Positions 47,916-57,885 are shown, counted from the stretch's first letter. The stretch is DNA of 63,256 bases from a virus (IMGVR_UViG_3300025575_000276), one strand, 5' to 3'. The notes: a model not told the origin generated them from the sequence alone. A program made the numbers and translations.

Positions 47916-48614
47916 CTACTCTGATTTATAGTCTTGATTAAACGACTTTCTACCAAATGAAGTCTTCACATTGAGTATTGCATCCATCTGATTGTCGGTA
48001 ATGTATGTTGGAGATTTGGCTTGTGATATTTTCTGATTAGCCAAAGTTAAAATAGTCTGAAGATCCATTGAAGGATGTTTACCTGCGAAGATGTCTCTCT
48101 GAGTCATAATGTAGGCAACATAATATGCAATAGCCTCAATTTGCTTTTCTGTATAGAGTACTTCACCATCACCGTCAGTAATGATCTCCTTTAATAATAT
48201 GTAGACTCTGAAGCCGGCCAACCGGGGATCAACCTGAAGAGTGTATTCATCTATCATGGTAAAGTCAACATACTCTCCGGGAACCGTAATTCCGGGGCTA
48301 GTATCAAATGTATACTCTCCTGGAGTAAGTTCTTTAATATTTCCACTGGCTTCATCTGCTCCCCATTGAGTAAAGTTGTGAAGATTAATAGAGACTGCCC
48401 TTATAGTGAATGCACGACAAGGTAAAGTTACTGACCCATCTTCTTTTACAAGCTGGTGCAACTTAACATTACGGACATTCTTACCAACTTTCTTTGAAGC
48501 TATTCCGGCCCACTCGTCAAAACTGGATTCCTTTATCCTAACTCCAAAGAGTTCATCAAAGGTTGCCAGAGCACTGTATATTGTAAACTGAGGTATGTCA
48601 GATGAATTTTGCAT
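47916..48614 (-). CDS. Tail ring / tubular protein
   Basis: 232 aa, IEAIAYYVAY...AKSPTYITDNQMDAILNVKTSFGRKSFN. Synteny with crAss-like ring genes. Confidence 0.55.
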   Translation of the reverse strand: MQNSSDIPQFTIYSALATFDELFGVRIKESSFDEWAGIASKKVGKNVRNVKLHQLVKEDGSVTLPCRAFTIRAVSINLHNFTQWGADEASGNIKELTPGEYTFDTSPGITVPGEYVDFTMIDEYTLQVDPRLAGFRVYILLKEIITDGDGEVLYTEKQIEAIAYYVAYIMTQRDIFAGKHPSMDLQTILTLANQKISQAKSPTYITDNQMDAILNVKTSFGRKSFNQDYKSE

Positions 48615-48638
48615 TCTTGAAATGTTTTATGTTATTGA

Positions 48639-49322
48639 TTAGGTGGTGATATCCGACTGAGTATTAGGTTGACTTGGGGAATTTAACTGACGATAGAAAT
48701 AGATGTATTTCTTTGACAACCTACTAATGATTTCCTCAACCACCCATTCTGGAGCAGGGAACTCATCGGTTCTTACACCACCTGAGTAATCCAAGACATC
48801 ATAAGGGTTCTCAAAGATTGCAGTCATTGAAATGAACTGAATAAGTTTGGGATAGTTAAACAGGAATGCATCATAGTTACCATCCTCTCTGGGAGACGAG
48901 TCTATCCATACAAAGGGTTTACTGTGAGTAACGCTCTTGTACTTGTGCATTGTAAACCTATTATCTGTGTAGACCTTCCATGAGAACGCATCACGTAGAG
49001 GAGACCCAATATAATCAATGGCATCTTCTCCAAACAATGAGGCTATTTTAGGCACTGTAAAGTGCTTTACTTTCTGACTAGAGGACACTTGACGTATCTT
49101 GGCTATATCCATACTGTCTACCGGAATACCGTTTATGTCTTGATACAATCCTTGAAGAGGAATATTTCCCTTTCTAGTGGCCTCAAAAAGAATACTCATT
49201 CTCTCTGTAATTACCTCTTGCTCAATTTGCGTAATAGGTATTGCACTGTTCGTTACTCCATGCTCACCGTTACGTGCATTGTTATCTATAGTAGATGCTA
49301 TTTTACTTACTGTCCAGCCCAT
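48639..49322 (-). CDS. Tail ring protein
   Basis: 227 aa, IEQEVITER...IDYIGSP...KPFVWIDS...ISMTAIFENP. Synteny. Confidence 0.55.
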   Translation of the reverse strand: MGWTVSKIASTIDNNARNGEHGVTNSAIPITQIEQEVITERMSILFEATRKGNIPLQGLYQDINGIPVDSMDIAKIRQVSSSQKVKHFTVPKIASLFGEDAIDYIGSPLRDAFSWKVYTDNRFTMHKYKSVTHSKPFVWIDSSPREDGNYDAFLFNYPKLIQFISMTAIFENPYDVLDYSGGVRTDEFPAPEWVVEEIISRLSKKYIYFYRQLNSPSQPNTQSDITT

Positions 49323-49393
49323 GTTTTGTGTATTGGGGATATGTCATTACGAGGTTATAATATAATTAAAATTATGATAGAATCCAAACTAAA

Positions 49394-49418
49394 AATGCCC
49401 GACACAAGGCCGGGCATT
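49394..49418 (-). terminator. Rho-independent terminator
   Basis: AATGCCCG-acacaaggc-CGGGCATT with a T tract on the minus strand, after the 321 aa gene. Confidence 0.7.
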
Positions 49419-49448
49419 CTAATTATCTATAAAACGTCTACTTTACTG

Positions 49449-50414
49449 TTATGCAATAAAGGCATCTGTTTTATCTCCGGCATCAGCACCGGCAACCAAT
49501 GTACCTGCTTTGTCGAAACCAACAGCACCGTCTACACCCAAAAGAGCTTCGATAGTACTTACAAGTCCAACATTGGCCAGATCCTTCTCGTTGATATAGA
49601 TGATCTGGTCAGTAGTCCCTGATTGAGAAGTTTCACCAACAAATCCGGGAGCTGCAACTGCATCAGACACAAATGAATGTGTAAATGCAAGAGTCATATA
49701 CTTACCGTAGATGTCAACTTTCTCTCTCTGGCCATAAGGATTCCACTGATCAGGAGTATGCATTGAAACGTTCTGCTCAATCCATGCACCAAGACCTGTA
49801 CCTTCAACAGCAACCTGAGTTACAGTCATTTTCAGAGTTGTAACAGCACCATAAACTTCTCCACTACCATGCAGCGAAACTGCTTTCGGTTTGGTGTATT
49901 TATGGAAATCGAAGTCGATATGCTCCTTACCCGGTTTAGAGGTAAATGTCAGTACACCTGCGTTGTTCGTAACAGAGAAAGGAAGATCATTGTACGATTT
50001 CTGACGAAAATCAATAGCTGCAAACAATGCGTTTGTGAAGTCAGTGTTAGAAGCTCCGACAGCAAGGGTGAAATCAAACAGGTATGTTTCACCATAGTAC
50101 TGTTTAGCCTGAATAAATTCAGCCTCATGTCTTGCAGATTTTACTTCAATTGCAACTTGTACGTTCACAGGTTCTACGGTAGACGAAAAAACTACGTCTG
50201 TAGCAGGAGTTATTGTTGCGATCTTTGCTTTCTTAGGAACAGCACGAGAGAGCACAATCTTGCTCATCTTTGCTTTTTCGTAAGTACCCATTCCAGGTAC
50301 TACTACGGTTGCTACATTTGCAGCAACAGTTGCAGCGTTACCGGCTGCATCAACAACGAGTAACTGTGAAGCTACATCGTTAATGACATTCTCTTTATAC
50401 CCTAGTGTAAACAT
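49449..50414 (-). CDS. Auxiliary capsid (decoration) protein
   Basis: MFTLGYKENVIND start, V/A/T-rich beta composition. Two genes downstream of the major capsid gene, as in crAss-like phages. Confidence 0.55.
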   Translation of the reverse strand: MFTLGYKENVINDVASQLLVVDAAGNAATVAANVATVVVPGMGTYEKAKMSKIVLSRAVPKKAKIATITPATDVVFSSTVEPVNVQVAIEVKSARHEAEFIQAKQYYGETYLFDFTLAVGASNTDFTNALFAAIDFRQKSYNDLPFSVTNNAGVLTFTSKPGKEHIDFDFHKYTKPKAVSLHGSGEVYGAVTTLKMTVTQVAVEGTGLGAWIEQNVSMHTPDQWNPYGQREKVDIYGKYMTLAFTHSFVSDAVAAPGFVGETSQSGTTDQIIYINEKDLANVGLVSTIEALLGVDGAVGFDKAGTLVAGADAGDKTDAFIA

Positions 50415-50456
50415 GGTATTAAAATTTAAAAGTTAGTATTAATTTGATCAAAGTGA

Positions 50457-51257
50457 TTACTTCTTTCCTTTTGCTTCCTTGATAACAGCAGGATCAATAT
50501 AGTCCTCTGGGTTCAACTCTTTGTGGAGTTCGTCCAGAATAACTCTATTTGTAGGATCCTTTAAAAATGCAATGACTGAATCAACAGTCACACCCAGAAC
50601 AATATTCCCGAACATGTATGCACCGTTAGTAAGTTTGATAACGTCCTTATCGGTGGCCTTTATGAAGATAAGCTGAACAGTTGTTTCGTTTGACTCGTAA
50701 GCAGAGATAACTTTGGCAGAACTTTTAATGTCTTTTGCCAGTTTTAGCAAGAACTCCTTGATAACAATTGGTTGCTCACCTTCCATATTGAAACCGAGTA
50801 AACGTGCTCTAATTGCGTAGTTAGACGGTTTGTCGTCCATTACGTGTCTCATAGCAGTGAATACAAGTTCATCTTTTGCAATAGATTTCTTAGCCTCTCT
50901 CTCAATGTTATCAACATAGAACAGAGCAGTTTTAGACATCTGGGCAGCTTCAAAAGAATCTGCAATGTCCGGAATGTACTGTAACCAGTTCCAGTTAAGT
51001 CTATCTTGCTTGTTCGATAGATCAAACTGCATATTGTGAGTTATAACCAACGTTACGTCAGGGTCTACCCACATATCCAATTTCTTCTTTTCATCTTCTG
51101 ACACTCTCGCTACCCCTTTGAACCAGTTAGTTTTTAGGTCCTTTGCAGGTTGAGCGTGTACTTTGCGTTCCTTCGAGAACACGGACTTAAGTATGATTAC
51201 TCCAGTCAATTCATTTTTAACAGTACTCATTGTACAATACTTTTTATCATGTAACAT
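50457..51257 (-). CDS. Conserved crAss-like structural-module protein immediately downstream of the major capsid gene
   Basis: 266 aa, HNMQFDLSNKQDRLNWNWL...YVDNIEREAKK...ARLLG. Synteny. Confidence 0.55.
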   Translation of the reverse strand: MLHDKKYCTMSTVKNELTGVIILKSVFSKERKVHAQPAKDLKTNWFKGVARVSEDEKKKLDMWVDPDVTLVITHNMQFDLSNKQDRLNWNWLQYIPDIADSFEAAQMSKTALFYVDNIEREAKKSIAKDELVFTAMRHVMDDKPSNYAIRARLLGFNMEGEQPIVIKEFLLKLAKDIKSSAKVISAYESNETTVQLIFIKATDKDVIKLTNGAYMFGNIVLGVTVDSVIAFLKDPTNRVILDELHKELNPEDYIDPAVIKEAKGKK

Positions 51258-51262
51258 AAAAT

Positions 51263-51288
51263 AGTAGGGGAATATTTCATCCCCTACT
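51263..51288 (-). terminator. Hairpin after the major capsid gene
   Basis: AGTAGGGGA-atatttca-TCCCCTACT between the capsid stop and the next start. Confidence 0.65.
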
Positions 51289-51308
51289 TATAAAAAACTT
51301 ACCTAAAC

Positions 51309-52715
51309 TCAGGCTGCAATACCTTCTTCGATGATCAAAGAACGGTAAGGGTTGAAGACTACTGCTCCTGAATAACCGAGTAAGTGGTAACTTGAACCAT
51401 GAACCGAAGTTGAAATTTCACCAGACTCTTTACCTGATGCACCACCCATACCATTTAAGTTACCAGTAGTGATCTCTGCACCTTCACGAGTAAAGGTTGC
51501 GATATTTGGACGGCCTGACACTTCGTCTTTTCCGACATCCAACATGATCGCAAACGCTCTATCGTCATACTCCAAAGACAGGGTGCTATCAAGCATGAAT
51601 ACCAAGGTATTACCTGCAAATTCGTATGAAGTGAAAGTGGCACCAACCTTGATATTACCGGCAGTCTTAGACCAGAAGTAAGCATTGTCGGTTCCTTGGA
51701 AACGAAGGTCATTCCTCATCAAGCGGTTAAACTTGTTCCAGAACTTATCGTTACAGATGATAGTCCAAGTGTTTCCTAATTTCTTAGTAGACTTTTCAGA
51801 CATAACCTGCATAGCATCTTCGAACTTCTCAGTCGTGATGTTAGATACTGTGAACTTGTCACAAACTCTCTGGATCTGGGGAAGGATACCATCGCCCATT
51901 GGGATGTCTCTACCCTTTTCATCCTGAAGCAAACACTTACCATTGATGTCGAAGTTACATTCGCTGAACAGAAGTGAATTCTCACGAGCCAGTAAGTACT
52001 GATCCAAGCAATCCTTCTCCTTTTTGTTCATCTTGTAGATGGTTTCATTACCAACTTTACCGTCAGCAATATAAACATCTTCTTCCATAGCAAAATCTGC
52101 TGACCAATCTACAGAGGCACGGTGACGTGACAGGTAGTTACGGTGAGTTTCAGTATTGGAAGTGAACTTGGTGTAACCACGTTCTGAAAGTTCAGGGTGA
52201 TAATTTGAACGATAACGAGTATTACGTCCTGGTTGTCCGTAAGCAGTATCAATTGTACGGATAGGGTCATTACCAATCAATACAACTGTATATTCCCACT
52301 TGGTAGGGCCTTTCATCTCAGGGTTCTTCATTACAAACAACTGCTGACGATTATCCAAAGCAAAGGTATCGTTGCGGTCATAGTAGCGTTTCTCCAGAGT
52401 AATGGTCTCAGGTTTTCCACCGATACCGTTTCCGGAAATAGCCCCAGTAACACGTACCTTAGGGATGTAGTTAACGTCAATTTGCCATTCAACAGCCATA
52501 GCGTTGATTGGAGTGAAGGTAGACTTTGACTGTTTCTCCTGACGATATACATTCTGCAATGCATCGGTCAACATAGAAATCGACAAGTCCGGCTTCATGT
52601 GGACAATTTGTCCTAATTTTTCAGGCTTTGTACTCAACAGTTTACCGAAGTTTTGCACGGTACGAGTCGAGGAACTCAGAGCCAATGATGCGGTTTCACG
52701 ATCAATAATTCTCAT
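51309..52715 (-). CDS. Major capsid protein (crAss-like, HK97 fold)
   Basis: TRTVQNFGKLLSTKPEKLG, EWQIDVNYI, TLEKRYYD, SNYHPELSERGYTK, NGKCLLQD..GRDIPMGDGILPQI, VFNPYRS. Closely resembles the recalled crAssphage major capsid protein. Confidence 0.88.
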   Translation of the reverse strand: MRIIDRETASLALSSSTRTVQNFGKLLSTKPEKLGQIVHMKPDLSISMLTDALQNVYRQEKQSKSTFTPINAMAVEWQIDVNYIPKVRVTGAISGNGIGGKPETITLEKRYYDRNDTFALDNRQQLFVMKNPEMKGPTKWEYTVVLIGNDPIRTIDTAYGQPGRNTRYRSNYHPELSERGYTKFTSNTETHRNYLSRHRASVDWSADFAMEEDVYIADGKVGNETIYKMNKKEKDCLDQYLLARENSLLFSECNFDINGKCLLQDEKGRDIPMGDGILPQIQRVCDKFTVSNITTEKFEDAMQVMSEKSTKKLGNTWTIICNDKFWNKFNRLMRNDLRFQGTDNAYFWSKTAGNIKVGATFTSYEFAGNTLVFMLDSTLSLEYDDRAFAIMLDVGKDEVSGRPNIATFTREGAEITTGNLNGMGGASGKESGEISTSVHGSSYHLLGYSGAVVFNPYRSLIIEEGIAA

Positions 52716-52743
52716 TTGGTTTGATTTAATTTAACAATTGTTT

Positions 52744-53871
52744 CTACTGTCCTGCAAAATCCTCTAAACTGATAAACTTTTCAGGTATATTTTTCTTGAT
52801 TGCTGGGTTCTGTTGTGGTGGCTGTATCTCAGGTTGTCTACGTTTATTGAAAGACTGACTCTCTGGTTGCACTTCCACTTTCTTAGGTGTTGCCGGAGTT
52901 CCTTGTTTTGCTTTTCGAACTTCCTCTTTATAGTGGGCATCCAAACGTGCAAACAGAGCCGGACCGTTTTTAATGTACCAAGCTGCTTCGAACATTTTTA
53001 TTGGATCACTAAGGACTTCACGCATGAACTTTGATTGGTTTTTAGCATCTGTTTCTACCAGATCCTCAAGAACCTCGTTCTTCATATCATCGTCAATAGG
53101 CCAACCGGCTATTTCTGTAAGTCCTGATACAGCAGTTACAATCTCTTTCTTGTCGTTCTCAAGTTCGGCTTGTTCATTGAACTTTTGGTTAGTTAACCAG
53201 GTAGCTCTTTCTTTGTCCTGTTGCTCTTGATACTTACCCCTTAGAATGTTTACTGTAACATCAAAGGTTTTATTCTCCTTGGCAAGGGCCAGATCTTCTT
53301 CAATTTCCTCCGGAGTATACTCAGGATTTTGTTCCTGTAAGAACGTCCTGTAGATATCATCTGTAGCAACTTTACTGAAGTCTGTAGCTGCACCGAAACG
53401 ACTGTTAAGTTCTCTCTCCTGTAATCTACTTGCAACTACCTGATCTACGATCTCGTCAAATGTAAGGTTGTTGTTTCTCATAGCATTGAGAACGTCTATC
53501 TCTTCTTGTACAAGGCCATATTCTGACTCTACACTTGGAGAAGTTGACTGAGCTAATGTCTCCAGTACTTCGAGTTGTTCTTCAACTGGTAGTTCTGAAA
53601 AGACTGCTGTAGTCCCATCCTGATAACTAATAGTTCCATTCTCAACACCATACCTTTCAAGGAAGGAGTTAATAACACTACTAGGTTGAGGAGCATCTCC
53701 AGCACCTTCTGATCCTTCTTCACCTTCTGGGTGGTCGGAGCCTTCACCTTCTTCATTGTCTTCCGGAGGAGTCCCTTCAGAACCTCCCGGAGTACCTTCG
53801 TCACCTGCGTTTAGAATTTTACTTCCCTCCTCAGATTCATCTAACTTGTTGTACATTTCTTCAAAATCCAT
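52744..53871 (-). CDS. Scaffold-like acidic protein upstream of the major capsid gene
   Basis: Highly acidic low-complexity N-terminus and helical body. Conserved position before the capsid gene in crAss-like phages. Confidence 0.55.
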   Translation of the reverse strand: MDFEEMYNKLDESEEGSKILNAGDEGTPGGSEGTPPEDNEEGEGSDHPEGEEGSEGAGDAPQPSSVINSFLERYGVENGTISYQDGTTAVFSELPVEEQLEVLETLAQSTSPSVESEYGLVQEEIDVLNAMRNNNLTFDEIVDQVVASRLQERELNSRFGAATDFSKVATDDIYRTFLQEQNPEYTPEEIEEDLALAKENKTFDVTVNILRGKYQEQQDKERATWLTNQKFNEQAELENDKKEIVTAVSGLTEIAGWPIDDDMKNEVLEDLVETDAKNQSKFMREVLSDPIKMFEAAWYIKNGPALFARLDAHYKEEVRKAKQGTPATPKKVEVQPESQSFNKRRQPEIQPPQQNPAIKKNIPEKFISLEDFAGQ

Positions 53872-53904
53872 TGTCTCTTTTTATTTATTAAACATCTGTC
53901 ATAC

Positions 53905-54831
53905 TTATGCTTGGCCCTGCTGTTGCTGAATCTGTTGGGGCTGTTGTGCAGACTGTACTCCCATTCCATTTACGGCCATATAGAGTTGTAGTTTGGGGTC
54001 ATTAGAATGAAGGAGTAACAGTTGCACACATTTCTTTATAATATCTAAGCACACATTATGAGAGTATTCCATAATCTGCGAGTTGTCTTCGGTTGAATCC
54101 AGTTCGTCCATTGTTAACCGGACTAAGGCTGGTATTTTGTAATACTCCAAGTCAACACTTACTAAAGTGAATATGGAGTTATCTGAACCATAGTTGATTT
54201 CCAAGATAGGTCCGGACATCACGTCACCTGCATCAAACTTACCATCTTTATCTACATCGATGTACGCATTGTGACCATCTGTATTTCCAGCCACGGTGTT
54301 GATTGTAGCCTGTACTGTTGCAGGATCGTACTTGTCAACTGCTGCTTTCCAGTTCCCAAGTATCTGATTTGCATTAGAGAATACTGAGTGGTAGGGAACT
54401 TTAAATTGAGGTTTTGTCCAGTCATTCAGAAGGGTGTTAGCTCTCATATCGGAGGTAAGTCTTCTGGTGGGAACCTTTAATTTATTACCGGCATCATAAC
54501 ACTTGTAATTCTTGGTTATTGAGTAGGTAAGAATACAGCTCAATAAATGGAAGTAATTTGCCGGAAGGTTAACCCGGTATAGGGCTTCTGTTGCTCCATT
54601 AAAAGGTTGCCCAATTAGTGAAAGGGCAGTACCTGTAAGTACAGTTCTAGCCTTGAGTACCTGAACATCGTCAGAACTCTCCTGGTTAATATCAATAGAC
54701 CTGTAGTTCTCGTTGCAGATCTCAAAGATGCTCTTGTTGAGATAGTGATTCCACTCATCAAGCATCAGATCCGGTGCCCCGATCCTTTTCATTTCTATCA
54801 ATACGGCTTCATATACTTCCCTTGCTGTCAT
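53905..54831 (-). CDS. Neck / ring protein
   Basis: MTAREVYEAVLIEMKRIGAPDL..DEWNHYLNK...NQESSDDVQVLK resembles a crAss-like ring protein. Q-rich C-terminus. Confidence 0.6.
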   Translation of the reverse strand: MTAREVYEAVLIEMKRIGAPDLMLDEWNHYLNKSIFEICNENYRSIDINQESSDDVQVLKARTVLTGTALSLIGQPFNGATEALYRVNLPANYFHLLSCILTYSITKNYKCYDAGNKLKVPTRRLTSDMRANTLLNDWTKPQFKVPYHSVFSNANQILGNWKAAVDKYDPATVQATINTVAGNTDGHNAYIDVDKDGKFDAGDVMSGPILEINYGSDNSIFTLVSVDLEYYKIPALVRLTMDELDSTEDNSQIMEYSHNVCLDIIKKCVQLLLLHSNDPKLQLYMAVNGMGVQSAQQPQQIQQQQGQA

Positions 54832-54837
54832 TCCTTT

Positions 54838-55047
54838 TTATTTAGGCCATTTATCTAAACCACAATCCTCATTACTTCTCACTTTTGCTGGTAGAGGGCA
54901 ACCGCATTTTGAACAGACTACCGTAACCCTTGCAGTACAATCGTAACATATATCCAACCTTTCTTTAGCTCTAATTTCAACAGAGTGGCTAGGGTTTCTT
55001 CCGATAGACAAGATAAGATTCTTGTACCCTTCTACTATGTGTTTCAT
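54838..55047 (-). CDS. Small Cys-rich putative Zn-binding protein
   Basis: ERLDICYDC...CSKCGCPLPAKVRS..DC.LDKW. Confidence 0.65.
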   Translation of the reverse strand: MKHIVEGYKNLILSIGRNPSHSVEIRAKERLDICYDCTARVTVVCSKCGCPLPAKVRSNEDCGLDKWPK

Positions 55048-55107
55048 TTGTTGCTGATATATCCTAACGATTAAACAATATACTTAATAATTACCTTAAA
55101 AACAAAT

Positions 55108-55407
55108 TTATTTTTTATCTGTGTGTGAACTGGCAATATGGGCATCCAACTTAACACCTATTTGATCAAGTTTACTCATTACCATATTAAATACTTCTTT
55201 ATCAACCTTCCTATCATCGAGCTTACTGACTGTCTGTTTAACCTCAGTTATCTCTTGTTTTAACTCCAAGTATTTTGTTGCGGACTCAGCAGAGTTTCCA
55301 AATTGATTTTGTGCCCAAGATAGCATTACTGTTAATCCGACTGCTATTGTAAGAATGTCTCTAAGTTTCCATTCACGATTCTTTGAATCTGTAGTTACAG
55401 GTGCCAT
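55108..55407 (-). CDS. Single-TM plus coiled-coil protein (holin- or spanin-like)
   Basis: TM segment ILTIAVGLTVMLSW followed by a heptad-rich region. Confidence 0.5.
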   Translation of the reverse strand: MAPVTTDSKNREWKLRDILTIAVGLTVMLSWAQNQFGNSAESATKYLELKQEITEVKQTVSKLDDRKVDKEVFNMVMSKLDQIGVKLDAHIASSHTDKK

Positions 55408-55428
55408 TGATTTCTAAGTTGTTAAAGA

Positions 55429-55782
55429 TTAATCAGTTGGTTTATTGGTTTCTTCTTCACCTTCAACAGTAGAGGGCACACTTAACATGGTTCTTTCGGA
55501 CTTCATAACATTCTTGATAATGGAATCCCCAGTATATCCAATAAGGAACCACAAGATATAGTTATCTATGATTCCGGGAGCACCTAAGGAGGGGAAAAAA
55601 GCTATAAGATGAGTTCTAAAGGGAACTGTAACGATAATCGCAACTAAGCTAGTTATCGAAGTTATAAGTTGGCTACGATAAGGGAAAACCTCTTGTTTGG
55701 TCTTAGCATCTCTTATCTTAGCTATGAAGTGGATAACGTATCCAAGTGTTACAAATAAAGACAGTATAAGAGTTGTTTTCAT
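55429..55782 (-). CDS. Putative holin (about 3 TM segments)
   Basis: Three hydrophobic segments, LIGYTGDSIIK motif, charged C-terminus. Confidence 0.55.
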   Translation of the reverse strand: MKTTLILSLFVTLGYVIHFIAKIRDAKTKQEVFPYRSQLITSITSLVAIIVTVPFRTHLIAFFPSLGAPGIIDNYILWFLIGYTGDSIIKNVMKSERTMLSVPSTVEGEEETNKPTD

Positions 55783-55915
55783 AGTTTAAGTTTACCAGTA
55801 TAATTTAATACTTTTTAATTTAATATCCTACAAAGAGTAGAAAAATACACCCACATCTAAATATAAATTATGATGTAGGTGAAGGTAGATTATTGAGTAA
55901 CATTGAAAAATAAAA

Positions 55916-56458
55916 CTAGTCTTCTGGGTATATCACAAAAGGATCTATGCCTCCCAGTTGTGAAGGGCTAATGTTTTCTGGAACAACTTCATCATAATCT
56001 ATTTTATAAATCTCGAATGTTGCTGGGGTGTCAAGTAAGTTCTCATAGTCCTTCTGATCTTTCTCATACTCAGCAGCATCTTCTGGATTAGCCTCTTTCA
56101 ATTTTTCTAAGGCACTTAAATACTTTACCTCATCCTTAATGTTAATGGTAACACTTCCGTCTGGTTGGTTGACTGTTATAACTTTACCGGCATTGTCTTT
56201 TCTTGCATACTCCAATTTAAGAGCATCAATAAGTTCGATATAAAGTTTCACATTATCAGAATGTTTGTCCCTGATCTCATGGAGATCCTTGAGTTCTGAG
56301 TTAATGCGTTTGAAATTCTTTAAAATTGCGAGTGAGAACTTCTTATCCTGAAGCTCACCAACTCCTTTAAGTCCTTGAAGTAGAGTAGACAATTCTCTTT
56401 TTTTAATGGCGTCTTCTGGTACTTCCTTAACGGCCTTAGGCATTTTACTTTCTTGCAT
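55916..56458 (-). CDS. Helical hypothetical protein next to the tail fibre genes (DUF1617-like)
   Basis: KFSLAILKNFKRINSELK...LKLEYARKD...YENLLD pattern, recalled from tail-fibre-adjacent phage proteins. Confidence 0.5.
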   Translation of the reverse strand: MQESKMPKAVKEVPEDAIKKRELSTLLQGLKGVGELQDKKFSLAILKNFKRINSELKDLHEIRDKHSDNVKLYIELIDALKLEYARKDNAGKVITVNQPDGSVTINIKDEVKYLSALEKLKEANPEDAAEYEKDQKDYENLLDTPATFEIYKIDYDEVVPENISPSQLGGIDPFVIYPED

Positions 56459-56475
56459 ATTGATGTAAATTAAAA

Positions 56476-56503
56476 AGTTGAGGCTAACTGAATAGCCTCA
56501 ACT
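56476..56503 (-). terminator. Rho-independent terminator
   Basis: AGTTGAGGCTA-actgaa-TAGCCTCAACT with a T tract on the minus strand. Confidence 0.75.
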
Positions 56504-56516
56504 AGGTTAATGATAA

Positions 56517-56693
56517 TTAAGCTGCTACATACTGTAACAACATAGTCTTGTAAGCTGTTATAAGTTCCTTCCTATCGTCTCCTGTAATTACCGGGGTCAT
56601 GGTAAATATTGCGGGATTGTCTACTGATGGAATTTGCTCTTGCATTTGCAGAGCTTCTTTTACAAGCTGAATTTTCTGGAATAGTGTTTCCAT
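56517..56693 (-). CDS. Small hypothetical protein (58 aa, absent from the ORF track)
   Basis: Read manually: METLFQKIQLVKEALQMQEQIPSVDNPAIFTMTPVITGDDRKELITAYKTMLLQYVAA*. A-rich leader, followed by a terminator. Confidence 0.55.
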   Translation of the reverse strand: METLFQKIQLVKEALQMQEQIPSVDNPAIFTMTPVITGDDRKELITAYKTMLLQYVAA

Positions 56694-56808
56694 TTGTGTT
56701 TGGTTTAAGGTTTATAAGATTGATTCAAAAATTGCGTACTCGCTGTGATTGTTAATATACAAAAAATATCATTATAAAAATAGATGTACTAAAAATAAAT
56801 TATACTTT

Positions 56809-57885
56809 CTAACCGTCTGCCCAAGTAACGTTACCGTTCCCAACAGCTACCCAAAGACCATTACCGTAAGCTACAGCATTCAAGGCACTTAAACTAATCC
56901 CTTGCAGAGTCCAATTTATACCATCGGTAGAGATTGCTATAGTTTGGTAATAGTATGAGTTAGTCCCAACACATACAAAAGTACCATTACCGTACCTAAT
57001 CATTGTAGGATCAAAGGGGGAACTGATCTTAGAACGTAAAGTCCAATTTACACCATCCGGAGAAGTTAGATTACCTACAAGTGAGGGGTAGTAGTAAGTA
57101 GATTGGTAGTCCACTACGGCTACAAATATACCTGCACCGTATGCTATAGAAGTGTAAGGGTTCTTCATGGATGTCTGGTTCTGCAATGCAGAGAAGTTTA
57201 ATCCATCTGTTGAAGATTTAAACTGAGAACCATTTGCGATTCCTACTTTAACATACTTACTGTTGCCGTATGCTGTGTCAAACCAACTAGCATTCCCTCC
57301 AGAACTACTATTCCATGTAATCCCATCAGTGGATCGACCATTCCAGTTACCTGCTGCATAACTTAATTCAAAGTACCCATTACAGAAAACTATACCTGGA
57401 ATAGTACCACTTTGATTGGAGGCTGTACGAACTGTCCATGATAGGCCATCATTAGTTGAAGTCATACAACGTGCAGTATTATCGACTGCAACCCATGTCC
57501 CATTACCATAAGCAATGGAATACCAATTGTAAGTGTTACCTATTAACTGAGATGCCCAATAATTACCATCCACGGATGTCCATATAGAACCTGCCCCTCC
57601 ATTGTTAGTAATGGCTATAAATTGCCCATTCCCATAAGCTACACCTGTCATATTGTAAGGCATTGTATGTGCTTGCCAGTTTGTTGCACCTGTCACAGCA
57701 ACTATCTCGTTTTGCCTAGGTCTACGTGCTGAATCATTATTTCCGGAAACGGTTACCTGGTACTTAGGGAGTATCTCAGATACTGATAGCATCCTTGTAT
57801 TGTCCCAGTTAGAACTTTTCCCTGATTTCAGAGCAAAGTTACTAGCCAAAAAAGATTCTGTACAGAGTATGTTAGTTCCTGCCAT
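56809..57885 (-). CDS. Asp-box/BNR beta-propeller, candidate receptor-binding protein
   Basis: Six S/T-x-DG-x-x-W repeats (TSVDGNYW, STNDGLSW, RSTDGITW, SSTDGLNF, TSPDGVNW, ISTDGINW) alternating with AYGNG motifs. Confidence 0.7.
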   Translation of the reverse strand: MAGTNILCTESFLASNFALKSGKSSNWDNTRMLSVSEILPKYQVTVSGNNDSARRPRQNEIVAVTGATNWQAHTMPYNMTGVAYGNGQFIAITNNGGAGSIWTSVDGNYWASQLIGNTYNWYSIAYGNGTWVAVDNTARCMTSTNDGLSWTVRTASNQSGTIPGIVFCNGYFELSYAAGNWNGRSTDGITWNSSSGGNASWFDTAYGNSKYVKVGIANGSQFKSSTDGLNFSALQNQTSMKNPYTSIAYGAGIFVAVVDYQSTYYYPSLVGNLTSPDGVNWTLRSKISSPFDPTMIRYGNGTFVCVGTNSYYYQTIAISTDGINWTLQGISLSALNAVAYGNGLWVAVGNGNVTWADG

